From an uncultured Chloroflexia bacterium (GTDB lineage: Bacteria; Chloroflexota; Ktedonobacteria; Ktedonobacterales; JADMIN01), in assembly GCA_963718915.1 (NCBI GenBank), contig CAVRAI010000007.1, forward strand, positions 360,001-392,000: a stretch of DNA of 32,000 nucleotides. The letters run 5' to 3'. A program made the position numbers and the translations under genes. Under the pieces are notes generated by a model. The model was given only the letters and a program-made list of their open reading frames with translations. It had not been told where the DNA came from and did no database searches. Of this stretch, positions 18,146 through 26,564 are shown piece by piece; the stretch's first letter is position 1; every line of letters begins with the position of its first letter.

Positions 18146-18409
18146 CTAGCTGGCGGGCGCAGCGGCCTGGGCAGCTTGCGCGGCGGCCGCGCGCGCAGTC
18201 CGCGCCAGCGTGATCTTGCGTACCTTGGGTACCTTGACCATCGTGCGCAGGCAGCGCGTGCAAATCTTGACGCGCTTCATCTCGCCGTCGATCATCAGGC
18301 GACGCTGTTGCAGATTGAGGTTGAACCGGCGGTTCGTTTTGCGGTTCGAGTGGCTGACATTATGCCCGTACATGGGCTTGCGGTGGCAGACATCACAACG
18401 GGCGGACAT
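18146..18409 (-). CDS. rpmB: 50S ribosomal protein L28 (with Ala/Gln-rich C-terminal tail)
   Basis: MSARCDVCHRKPMYGHNVSHSNRKTNRRFNLNLQ is the canonical L28 N-terminus. GGAGG lies 5 nt upstream of the ATG. Confidence 0.9.
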   Translation of the reverse strand: MSARCDVCHRKPMYGHNVSHSNRKTNRRFNLNLQQRRLMIDGEMKRVKICTRCLRTMVKVPKVRKITLARTARAAAAQAAQAAAPAS

Positions 18410-18828
18410 ATTCCTCCACCTTCACAAACTGGTTTCACAAAAAGGGCATTCAGGACATATCCCAGCGCCCGTCGTTAGCTCCCGCGCCTGTCCCTTCCAG
18501 GCTACGGATTCCCGCTTCCTGTTGACCGGGGCGACCAGCAATGGTATATCATTCCCAACGTGTCACGGCCTGCTCGAGCGCTCACGGGATGGTGAGCAAC
18601 ATCAGGCAATAGCGCCAAAGGCACCAGGCTAGTATAGCATGACTCCGCGCTTTTACGCAAGCACGGAGGGGCCAGACGTGCTAGAATACGCGCGAATATA
18701 GCGAATATAGTAGCGCGCTAACAATTCATGGCCGCGCCTTGCGGCATGCGCGCTTTCTCTGGAAATTCCATTGCTCATGGGGCCGGTGTGTCACTGGCCC
18801 TGAAAGTCAGGCGAAGGTCAGGTAGATC

Positions 18829-19251
18829 ATGTCGATGATGCACAGCGGGCCTGCCGGTGTGAATCCCCCGCGCGTCTATCCGCACGGACAGGCTCCGACT
18901 GAGAGCGAGCCAGCTGGCAGGATAGAGGTCTCCACTCGCGCAATCTCCACTGTCGCCGGGCGCGCAGTCGCCCAGTGCTACGGCGTGGTCGGCATCGCCG
19001 CGCGCCATCCACGTTTCGCCACCGTCGAGACGCTCCCGCCCGAACAGTACGGACGCGGCGTCGAGGTGCGCTTCGTGGATGACCATGTGAGTATTGATCT
19101 CTATGTCGTGCTCGAACACGGCCTGCGCATCAGTGAGATTGCGCACAACATCATGTCGAACGTGAAGTTCGCGGTCGAGCGCACGCTGGGGCTGCCGGTG
19201 GTTCGCATCAACGTCAATGTGCAGGCGTTGCGCGTCAGCCGCGATTCATAG
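18829..19251 (+). CDS. Asp23/Gls24-family (alkaline shock protein, YloU-like) protein
   Basis: GRIEVSTRAISTVAGRAVAQCYGVVGI...VSIDLYVVLEHGLRISEIAHNIMSNVKFAVERTLGLPVVRINVNVQ. Divergent from rpmB and upstream of yloV, as in Firmicutes. Confidence 0.8.
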   Translation: MSMMHSGPAGVNPPRVYPHGQAPTESEPAGRIEVSTRAISTVAGRAVAQCYGVVGIAARHPRFATVETLPPEQYGRGVEVRFVDDHVSIDLYVVLEHGLRISEIAHNIMSNVKFAVERTLGLPVVRINVNVQALRVSRDS

Positions 19252-19318
19252 ACGGAATTGGGTTCAATCCTCACACACAATGGAGGGCGAGTTGGGGCGT
19301 TGGCCCCCCGCAGGAATT

Positions 19319-21097
19319 ATGGCAAAGGGTTTCTTCTCACGCTTCACCAGCGCGCGACCAAAGCAAATCAGCGTCTTCGACGGACAGGATTTGAAGCGCG
19401 CCGTCCTCGCGGGGCAAGCCTGGCTTGAGCAACACCGCGAGGCAATCAACGCCCTCAACGTATTCCCTGTCCCCGACGGCGATACCGGCACGAACATGAC
19501 TCTCACCATGCGCGCGGCCACCAAGGAAATCGCCGATTCCACCGAGGCTTCCGCCAGCGTCATAGCAGCCACCTTCTCGCGCGGCGCGCTGATGGGCGCG
19601 CGGGGCAACTCTGGCGTCATCCTCTCACAGATTCTGCGCGGCCTGAGCAAAGGTCTCGAAGGCAAAACGACCTTCGCAGCCGTGGATTTCGCCGCCGCGC
19701 TGCAAGAATCGGCGCGCCTGGCGTATAGCGCGGTCATCAAGCCGGTTGAGGGCACGATTCTGACGGTCATTCGCGACGCCGCCGAGGCTGCCCGCCAGAG
19801 CGCGGCCAATGGCGCGAATCTCTCGACGATGCTGGGCGATACTGTGCGCGCGGCCCAGGCATCCGTCGCCCGGACGCCTGATCTGCTGCCGACGCTCAAA
19901 CAGGCGGGGGTGGTGGACGCTGGCGGGCAGGGGCTAGCCACGATTCTCGAAGGCGTCTGGCGCTACTCACGCGGTGAATCGCTCACGCTAAGCCCCCGTG
20001 AGTTCCGCGAAGAGGTAGCCGAGGCCCACCACAAAGGCATGGTGACGGTTGAGGAAGAGTTTGGCTACGAGGTAGTCTTCCTGCTGGAGGGCGAGAACCT
20101 GGACGTAGACACCATCCGCCAGACGATCATCGACATGGGTGGCGTCTCAACCGTAGTCGCTGGAGACCACACACTGCTGAAGGTTCATACCCATACCCCG
20201 ACGCCGGGGCAAATCCTCGACTATGGGGTCAGCCTGGGCAGCCTTCAGGATATCAACATCGAAAACCTCCAGGCGCAGAGCCTGCGCTATGCGGCGGATA
20301 GCGCCCGCCAGCACGGGCTGAACGCTCCCGATGGCGCGCAGGCCGCTGGTTCAGGGGCAGCTACCTCCAACGGACGCGGCGTGGGGATCGCGGTGGCCGC
20401 GCCGGTTGTGGCGCCACCTGCTGACACGACACTGACGGGCGAGATCAACACTGTGGCGGTGGCGGCGGGCAATGGTTGGGTTGAGCTCTTCCAGAGCCTT
20501 GGCGTCAGCGCCATCGTTCCCGGCGGCCAGACGATGAACCCCAGCACCCAGGAACTGCTCGACGCGGTGCAGCGTTGTTCCTCCTCGAAGGTCATCCTGC
20601 TGCCCAATAATGGCAATGTCATCATGAGCGCGCGGCAGGTGCCGGAACTGGCCGTTGGCAAAGATGTCTACGTCATCCCCTCCGATTCGCTGCCCCAGGG
20701 CGTGGGCGCGTTGCTCGCCTTCAACTTCGAGGCAGACTTCGCGACGAACTGCCAGGCGATGGAGCAGGCCAGCAAGCGCGTGCAGACCGCCGAGATTACG
20801 CAGGCGGTGCGTACCGTCCAGATCGACGGCATCAACGTGACCGAAGGCGACATCATTGGGCTGGTCAACAATCGGCTGGTGACGGCGGGCACTGATCGAG
20901 AAACGGTCGTGCACGACACGCTCACGCGCATGAACGTCGCCCAATTCGAGATTGTGACGCTCTATTCCGGCGAGAGTGTCACCGCGGCGACGGCGAACGA
21001 GATGGCCCAGCGCATCAAAGAGTGGTTCCCCGCGCAGGAGATCGAGGTTGTCCGTGGTGGGCAGCCGTATTATGACTTCATCATCTCGGCTGAATGA
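19319..21097 (+). CDS. fakA: DAK2-domain protein YloV / fatty-acid kinase subunit FakA-like
   Basis: INALNVFPVPDGDTGTNMTLTM (DhaL/Dak2 motif), GARGNSGVILSQ, and a long C-terminal YloV-type domain. ATG at 19319 (ORF track start 19217 overlaps asp23). Confidence 0.8.
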   Translation: MAKGFFSRFTSARPKQISVFDGQDLKRAVLAGQAWLEQHREAINALNVFPVPDGDTGTNMTLTMRAATKEIADSTEASASVIAATFSRGALMGARGNSGVILSQILRGLSKGLEGKTTFAAVDFAAALQESARLAYSAVIKPVEGTILTVIRDAAEAARQSAANGANLSTMLGDTVRAAQASVARTPDLLPTLKQAGVVDAGGQGLATILEGVWRYSRGESLTLSPREFREEVAEAHHKGMVTVEEEFGYEVVFLLEGENLDVDTIRQTIIDMGGVSTVVAGDHTLLKVHTHTPTPGQILDYGVSLGSLQDINIENLQAQSLRYAADSARQHGLNAPDGAQAAGSGAATSNGRGVGIAVAAPVVAPPADTTLTGEINTVAVAAGNGWVELFQSLGVSAIVPGGQTMNPSTQELLDAVQRCSSSKVILLPNNGNVIMSARQVPELAVGKDVYVIPSDSLPQGVGALLAFNFEADFATNCQAMEQASKRVQTAEITQAVRTVQIDGINVTEGDIIGLVNNRLVTAGTDRETVVHDTLTRMNVAQFEIVTLYSGESVTAATANEMAQRIKEWFPAQEIEVVRGGQPYYDFIISAE

Positions 21098-21149
21098 GCG
21101 GCGCGAGGGTGAGGTACACGCCGACGTCGGCGTAAGAAAGCAGGATGGT

Positions 21150-21992
21150 GTGGCAGTACAGATTGTTGTAGACAGTACGGCGGATATTCCACGAGATCGC
21201 GCGCGTGATCTCAGCATCGAGGTTGTGCCGCTGACGGTCATGTTCGGTGACCAGTCATTTCAGGACGGAGTGGACCTCGACGGCCCGGCGTTCTATCAGA
21301 AACTGAGCAACAGCCCTGTCATGCCGACGACGTCTACGCCACCGCCCGCGCTCTTCGAGGAGACATTCCGTCGGCTGATCGGCAACGGCGCCACTGGTAT
21401 CCTGAGCATGCATATCAGCGGCAAGCTCAGCGGCACCTTTTCGGCGGCGCGCCAGGGGGCCGAGGCTGTGACGGCTGATACGCATGTGCCAATTGAGGTG
21501 GTCGATTCCGATACCGTGACCGGCGGGTTTGGGCTTCCGGCGGAGATGGTGGCGCGTGAGGCGCGCAACGGCGCGGACCTGGCAGCGCTTAAGGCGCATG
21601 CGGAGAGACTGTGCGCGCGCGTCCATGTGATCGCCGTACTCGACACGCTGGAATTCCTGCAGCGCGGTGGCCGCATCGGACGGGCGCAGGCGATGCTCGG
21701 CACGCTGTTGAGCGTCAAGCCATTGATCGAGGTACGGACAGGGCAGGTGCTTCCGCTGGAGAACGTGCGCACGCGCAGCAAGGCGCTCGACCGCATGGGG
21801 CAGATCGTGACGGCGCTAGGAGAGCTTGAGTCGCTGGCAATCGTCGCCTCAGACTCGGTGGTGGCCGACCAGATTACGAAAGTGGCTGAGGGATTCTGGC
21901 ACGGGCCAATCGAGCGGTTCGCTCTTGGCCCGGTGGTGGGCACGCACGCGGGTCCAGGGGCGGGGGGAATCGTCGCCATCACGCGCGAGTAG
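21150..21992 (+). CDS. degV: DegV-family fatty-acid-binding protein (FakB-like)
   Basis: VQIVVDSTADIP, PTTSTPPPALFEETF, HISGKLSGTFSAA, DTLEFLQRGGRIG. I propose the GTG start at 21150 (AGGA upstream), giving ~280 aa, the typical DegV size. The ORF track start 20976 overlaps fakA. Confidence 0.8.
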   Translation: MAVQIVVDSTADIPRDRARDLSIEVVPLTVMFGDQSFQDGVDLDGPAFYQKLSNSPVMPTTSTPPPALFEETFRRLIGNGATGILSMHISGKLSGTFSAARQGAEAVTADTHVPIEVVDSDTVTGGFGLPAEMVAREARNGADLAALKAHAERLCARVHVIAVLDTLEFLQRGGRIGRAQAMLGTLLSVKPLIEVRTGQVLPLENVRTRSKALDRMGQIVTALGELESLAIVASDSVVADQITKVAEGFWHGPIERFALGPVVGTHAGPGAGGIVAITRE

Positions 21993-22038
21993 GTCTGGCG
22001 GATCGCGTAGTGGCTAGTTGGCGCTGGCGGGAGGAGCC

Positions 22039-22446
22039 ATGCCGGACTACTTTACCCGCGACGGAGCCGAGTCGCTGATCCCGCGTATCACTCCAGTGTT
22101 GCGTGAGATTCAGCGACTGCGCCGCGCCAAACTGGCCCATGATGAAGCGGTGGCCGCTGATCGGGCGAAGGTGTTCGGCAATGGTCACATGCCGCCCGAC
22201 AAATTGTACGAACATCAGCGGAGCAGCGCCTCCGCTGAACAGCGTATTGCCCGCCTCGTACGCGCGCTGAGCGAGCTGGGCATCCTCGTCAAAGACCTCG
22301 ATACCGGGCTGGTAGACTTCCCGACGTTACGCGAGGGACGCGAGGTCTACCTCTGCTGGCAACTGGGTGAGCCGCATATCGCCTGGTGGCACGAAACTGA
22401 GACAGGCTTCGCCGGGCGGCAGCCGCTGGAAGATGGGCTGGAATAA
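22039..22446 (+). CDS. DUF2203-family protein
   Basis: MPDYFTRDGAESLIPRITPVL...LVDFPTLREGREVYLCWQLGEPHIAWWHETETGFAGRQPL matches my recollection of the DUF2203 signature. GGAGG lies upstream of the ATG at 22039. Confidence 0.65.
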   Translation: MPDYFTRDGAESLIPRITPVLREIQRLRRAKLAHDEAVAADRAKVFGNGHMPPDKLYEHQRSSASAEQRIARLVRALSELGILVKDLDTGLVDFPTLREGREVYLCWQLGEPHIAWWHETETGFAGRQPLEDGLE

Positions 22447-22464
22447 CCTTCAGCGCGGGCGCCT

Positions 22465-22570
22465 GCCGGAGCCTAAAGCCCCGGCGAATAGGCCAGAGAG
22501 ACGGGAAATTCGCCGTAGCGTTCACGCTACGGCCTGCCGCGCCCACCACACAGCACGCCCAGAATCCGTA
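22465..22570. repeat. intergenic repeat copy B (paralog of 12999-13100)
   Basis: gccggagcctaaagccccggcgaataggccagagagacgggaaattcgccgtagcgttcacgctacggcctgc... aligns with copy A along its length. A 32-nt block cgggaaattcgccgtagcgttcacgctacggc is identical. It fills the gap between convergent genes. Confidence 0.75.
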
Positions 22571-23500
22571 TCACTTGCGCACGGTGAGGCAGCAGAAGTC
22601 GCGCGGGGGATTGACGCCCAGCACGCGGAAGGGCAACTCAGGCCGGTGGGTGACCTCCAGATGGCGGAGCGCGGCTGGCCCGTAAAAGCGCGTCGCGATG
22701 GCATAGGCGTCTTCCAGGCTGGGGAAGGTCACGGTGAGGCGCCCAGGGAGCGTGGCATACCAGAAACCGTGGCGCGCAAACCAGGCGGGATCTTCCGGCC
22801 ACAGGATGAGAATTCGTCCGCCGGGACGTGTTACCCGTTGCAGTTCGTCCAGACCGCGTGTCCCACCTCGCGCCTCCCGCACGCCAAACGCCGAGCAGGC
22901 GACGACCGCGTCTACGCTGTCGTCGGGCAGCGGCACGCGGCGAAAGACGCCACGTATCACCTCGACATTGCGGAGGTCGGCGGCGGCGACTTTACGCTCC
23001 AGCAGCCGGAGGAGCGGCGGGGCGGCATCCATCGCATAGACGGTTCGCGCGCGTCTGGCCAGCGGGAGTGTGAGGCGACCAGTGCCCGCCCCGGCATCCA
23101 GCACGACCGCGTCGTTTACCCGCGCGACATCGAGCGCGCCCAGATGGACCTGCTCGCCAGCGGTGAGCCGCTCGTAGTCATCTGGGGTCTTCCAATAGGT
23201 CAGCTCCCAGAAAAGGGTATCGAGCACGGTCCGGCGCGCCGCCTCGCGCTCATTGCCTGAAATGACACGCTGGCGGGTATGGGCAAATAAGGCGCGATCA
23301 TCTGGCGCGAGCGCGCGCTCGATGCGTCTGGCCAGAGGGGCTAGCGTCGCCTGCTCCTCCGCCTGATCCGCCGCGAAGGCGCGGCCCGCCACCACTGGAG
23401 CTATCGCGCCCGACACGTTGGCAATCACTTCACGCAGATGCGCCTCGTCGAAGAAGGCGAGGTCCGCAAGACTGAACGCCGCTGCTGGCTCGATGCTCAT
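22571..23500 (-). CDS. class I SAM-dependent methyltransferase with ~120-aa N-terminal extension
   Basis: VLDAGAGTGRLTLPLA (motif I), AMDAAPPLL, DAVVACSAF, RPGGRILI. The ATG at 23500 has GAGGGA upstream. Confidence 0.75.
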   Translation of the reverse strand: MSIEPAAAFSLADLAFFDEAHLREVIANVSGAIAPVVAGRAFAADQAEEQATLAPLARRIERALAPDDRALFAHTRQRVISGNEREAARRTVLDTLFWELTYWKTPDDYERLTAGEQVHLGALDVARVNDAVVLDAGAGTGRLTLPLARRARTVYAMDAAPPLLRLLERKVAAADLRNVEVIRGVFRRVPLPDDSVDAVVACSAFGVREARGGTRGLDELQRVTRPGGRILILWPEDPAWFARHGFWYATLPGRLTVTFPSLEDAYAIATRFYGPAALRHLEVTHRPELPFRVLGVNPPRDFCCLTVRK

Positions 23501-23718
23501 GGTGTCCCTCGCCTTCAGGCCGTGGGTGTGTTTTCGTACGCAAAGGATTTCCGGCAATCATTGTGCCATTGCGCGAATAGTCTATGAAGTATGGCGATTC
23601 TTGATGAAGACAGTGTACGCCATCGGCGTCGCCCAAACGTTACGGCGCGCGTGACGAAAGGGATGAAAGAGGTGAATCGAGAGAGCAAGCGATACACGCC
23701 TATGGTGTTATTGACGCG

Positions 23719-24243
23719 CTAGAGCGTGACGCGCCCATTGCCCGCAGGCATGGTGAAACGCATGAAGCCGCCGTTGACCAGCCGCGTGCAGACGACGGCG
23801 ATGGTGTAGTAGATGGCGAAAATGACCAGCCGTTCGAGCGTGCTCACCAGAAAATCGGCGATGGCGAGATGGGCGGAGCCGCTCGCGCCGAAGCGTGCGA
23901 TATCTGGCGGGCCAGACGCGCCGCCCCAGAGTGTCGCCTCACCCAACACGAGCGCGATCAGCACGTTGGCTCCGGTACAGGTGAGCGCCAGAATCGGCCC
24001 CAGGCGCCAGAATCGGCGGCTCATCTTCTCGCGTTTGGTAGATTTGACACGCACTGCCGCCCAGACGGGAGGCGCGACAAAGAGCAACGTCCGCACGACC
24101 AGAACGACGGGAAAGAGCCAGAAGGGCCAGAATGCGACAGGCACTAACCCGAGCAACTGCGCGGCAATGAAAATCAGCGTGCCCTCGACAATTGCCCGGC
24201 GCATAGTCGTCTTGCGAAACATCCAGAACCTCTTCCAGTCCAC
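23719..24243 (-). CDS. hypothetical integral membrane protein (about 5 TM)
   Basis: Hydrophobic helices (GTLIFIAAQLLGLVPVAFWPFWLFPVVLVV, LLFVAPPVWAAV, LGPILALTCTGANVLIALVLG, LVIFAIYYTIAVVC). I recognise no family. Confidence 0.5.
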   Translation of the reverse strand: MDWKRFWMFRKTTMRRAIVEGTLIFIAAQLLGLVPVAFWPFWLFPVVLVVRTLLFVAPPVWAAVRVKSTKREKMSRRFWRLGPILALTCTGANVLIALVLGEATLWGGASGPPDIARFGASGSAHLAIADFLVSTLERLVIFAIYYTIAVVCTRLVNGGFMRFTMPAGNGRVTL

Positions 24244-24323
24244 TCACTCCTGCATAGGCCGATTATAGCGCGTGTGGGCGGCTCGCGCTCAATGACATAG
24301 CCCCGATGCGCCTGACTGACAGT

Positions 24324-25079
24324 TCAACTGCCGAAGCGCCAGCCGCCATTGACATGCAGCGCCTCACCGGTGACGAACGACGCCTCTGCCGACGCCAGAT
24401 ACGCCACCGCCGCCGCGATATCCTCGGCGCTGCCGGGGCGGCCAACGGGCGTCTCGGCCACGATGCTCTGGATGCGCTCGTCGGACCATGCGCCGGTAAA
24501 CTCGGTCTGGGCGATGAAGCCGGGAACAATCACATTCGCCGTGATACCCTCCTTGCTGAGATCGCGCGCCAGTCCATGTGTCATCCCAATCAATCCCGCT
24601 TTGGCGGCGGCATAGTCGATGGAGCCGCCGCGCTGGCCGCCGGTATACGCGGCGATGGAGCTGATGCTGATGATCCGGCCACCTGGGCGTGTGAGATAGG
24701 GCGCGACGGCGATGGACATCAGAAACGCGCCGGTCAGGTTCGCGGCAATCGTCTCGTCCCAGTTGCTGGCGGCCTCATCCAGCGGCATGCCCGCGCGGAC
24801 GCCCATGGCGAACCCTGCGGCATTTACCAGCACATCAACCTGGCCCCAGCGCTCTACGACCAGTTCGACGGTGGCGGCAACCTGCTCGCGCTGGCTGACA
24901 TCGAGCGGATACCAGGAGGATGACGCGCCAATCGCCTCCGACGTCTCCCGTAGCGGCTGCTCGCGCCGCCCCAGAATGACGACGTGATAGCTCTGATGAG
25001 CAAGTTTTGCGGCGGTCGCACGGCCTATTCCCGTCCCGCCGCCAGTGATCAACGCCACACGTGTCCGCACAGTATTCAC
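24324..25079 (-). CDS. SDR-family oxidoreductase (FabG-like)
   Basis: ALITGGGTGIGRATA (TGxxxGxG), NAAG, YAAAKAG (YxxxK), PGFI. I propose the GTG start at 25079 with AGGAG 10 nt upstream, giving ~251 aa. The ORF track start 25280 adds an implausible 67 aa. Confidence 0.8.
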   Translation of the reverse strand: MNTVRTRVALITGGGTGIGRATAAKLAHQSYHVVILGRREQPLRETSEAIGASSSWYPLDVSQREQVAATVELVVERWGQVDVLVNAAGFAMGVRAGMPLDEAASNWDETIAANLTGAFLMSIAVAPYLTRPGGRIISISSIAAYTGGQRGGSIDYAAAKAGLIGMTHGLARDLSKEGITANVIVPGFIAQTEFTGAWSDERIQSIVAETPVGRPGSAEDIAAAVAYLASAEASFVTGEALHVNGGWRFGS

Positions 25080-25113
25080 GAAGATATTGCTCCTTAGTGA
25101 GACAGAGAGGCGA

Positions 25114-25992
25114 TCAGCGCAGCCAGTCCTCGTCGTCGCCCAACTCAACCGGGCGCGAGTCCCATGGCTTGAAGCCGCTGCTCGACGCTGCCGGATCGAA
25201 CCCCGAGCGGGCAGGCATGTCTGGCACGGTCGGATCAACCATCCCTGGCGGTACGGGCATGGTTGGGATATTGGCGACACGTGGATTGCCCGCGCTGGCG
25301 GGAGCAGCCTGCGGCGAGCCGATGCCCATCATCGCCAGGAACTGCGCGGCGTAGATGTGCGGATTGGCGGCGTAGTCCACGAAGGCGCGCGCGCGATTGG
25401 TGATCGCCTGCCAGTGCCCCCGCTCCACCAGCACCCGCGGCACCAGCAGCGTGCCCAGCGCCAGGCTACGAATCGGCAGATCCAGATATTCGATCATATG
25501 CTCAGCCGAGAATCCGCCGGAGATTTGCAGGCTCATGTGAGTCAACTGGCGCAATAATGCGCGGACGTACATCGGCCCGCCGAGCGCCTCCGCCGGGAAG
25601 AGCTTCACCATCTCCGCGCCCGCCCGCTGTGCGGCGATGATTTCGGAGGGCGTGAGCGCCCCCAGCACGCAGGCAATACCGGCCTCCTGACAGATGAGCG
25701 CCAGTTCGGGATTGAAGACCGGCGCGGCGATGAATCGCGCCCCCGCCGCGATGGCGTCGCGTGTCTGCTTGCCATCCAGCACTGCGCCCGCGCCCACCAG
25801 CACATCCTGGCGCGTCGCCATGTGTGTCAGGATCTCCTGCGCGCCGGGAATGGTCAGCGAGACCTCGATGGTGCTGACGCCGCCCGCCGCCAGCGCATCG
25901 ACCACACTCAACGCCTGCATCGCCGTCTCGGTACGCACCTCGGCGACAATACGGCGGCGACTCATCAGCGAAATCACTTCGCGCGGAATCAT
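25114..25992 (-). CDS. eda: KDPG/KHG aldolase-like protein (Eda family) with ~85-aa Pro-rich C-terminal extension
   Basis: IVAEVRTETAMQALSVVDALAAGGVSTIEVSLTIPGA, GAGAVL, FIAAPVFNPEL, GALTPSEI, VKLFPA (Schiff-base Lys context). The ATG at 25992 has GAGGGGGA upstream. Confidence 0.7.
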   Translation of the reverse strand: MIPREVISLMSRRRIVAEVRTETAMQALSVVDALAAGGVSTIEVSLTIPGAQEILTHMATRQDVLVGAGAVLDGKQTRDAIAAGARFIAAPVFNPELALICQEAGIACVLGALTPSEIIAAQRAGAEMVKLFPAEALGGPMYVRALLRQLTHMSLQISGGFSAEHMIEYLDLPIRSLALGTLLVPRVLVERGHWQAITNRARAFVDYAANPHIYAAQFLAMMGIGSPQAAPASAGNPRVANIPTMPVPPGMVDPTVPDMPARSGFDPAASSSGFKPWDSRPVELGDDEDWLR

Positions 25993-26160
25993 CGGCAATC
26001 CCCCTCGGCGTCACGCCATCGCCAGGTATCTCTTACTATGTCCCAATACAATCCGATACATCCCCGCGTCGGGCGATCCATTCGCCGGGCTTTGGGAGGC
26101 GACGCCACCCCCATCCTATCACGCTTTTGGCGCCCTGTCGCGTGCCGAACCTAGAACAAG

Positions 26161-26203
26161 TTTTCCACAATTCACGACGACTATCCACAACGATGGTGGA
26201 TAA
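26161..26203. promoter_or_regulatory. cluster of three DnaA-box-like 9-mers
   Basis: TTTTCCACA (26161-69), cTATCCACA (26181-89) and, on the minus strand, TTATCCACc (26195-26203). Each matches TTATCCACA at 8 of 9 positions. The last two form an inverted pair. Confidence 0.4.
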
Positions 26204-26342
26204 TGGGCCGTTCGTGACGCCAGGCGCGGGGAGGCGGGGAAAAGGGCTGTAACCCAATCAGGAATATGGTACAGATGGTTGCTATGCCAGGACCGAGCGC
26301 GCGGCCCGTCAGGGGTGAAGATGCACAGGTGAATTGCTGACC

Positions 26343-26371
26343 TTGACACGCCTGCCCGTCGCCTCTATACT
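26343..26371 (+). promoter_or_regulatory. near-consensus sigma70-type promoter
   Basis: TTGACA (26343-48), a 17-nt spacer, then TATACT (26366-71). It faces the DAHP synthase gene ~350 nt downstream. Confidence 0.6.
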
Positions 26372-26532
26372 CTGACATAACGAGATATGAAACTCAGCAG
26401 TCTGTTAACTGGAGCCGCTGTAGATGTTAAGCCGCCATGGCGTTTGCGGGTATTGGTATTGGTATAGCCCTCCGGCCTGACGGAAGGGTCGCAACGCTTG
26501 GCGGCGGCATCGGCTCACGGCAGGTCGGAGGG

Positions 26533-26564
26533 AAAAGCAGAGGAAATCGAACCTCTGCTTTTTT
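26533..26564 (+). terminator. intrinsic terminator inside the DAHP synthase leader (attenuator candidate)
   Basis: aaaagcagagg-aaatcgaa-cctctgctttt, with the T-run continuing to 26564 (6 T). It lies 160 nt upstream of the aro gene start. Confidence 0.7.

Noticed and set aside
20351-21241. Long antisense ORFs opposite well-supported genes (e.g. 20351..21241-, 21296..21982-, 19264..19941-, 13580..14182-, 11656..12600-, 9950..10555-, 7942..8775-, 6893..7513-, 5532..6062-, 27206..27955-, 27562..28416-, 423..851+)
   Set aside because: They are typical GC-rich shadow ORFs. Their composition is Arg/Ala/Ser/Pro-rich with no recognisable motifs. Each fully overlaps a gene on the other strand that has clear family signatures.
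26000-26340. Chromosomal replication origin (oriC)
   Set aside because: Only three imperfect DnaA boxes are present. There is no evident AT-rich unwinding element and no dnaA/dnaN nearby. It is reported only as a DnaA-box-like cluster.
26468-26545. Local resemblance to SRP RNA helix 8 (CAGGTC..GGA..AAGCAG), the glycine-riboswitch core (ACGGAAGGG.CGCAA) and the c-di-GMP-I motif (GCCCTCCGGCC)
   Set aside because: Only short fragments match. The required partner strands, conserved loops and overall order are missing in each case. A glycine or c-di-GMP switch would also make little sense before DAHP synthase. The region is left as an unclassified leader.
26533-26564. tRNA T-arm-like sequence (minus strand GGTTCGATTT within a hairpin)
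   Set aside because: The stem is 9 bp and the loop 8 nt, not 5 bp and 7 nt. No complementary acceptor 5-prime strand, D-arm or anticodon arm lies in the flanks. The hairpin plus T6 run fits an intrinsic terminator on the plus strand.
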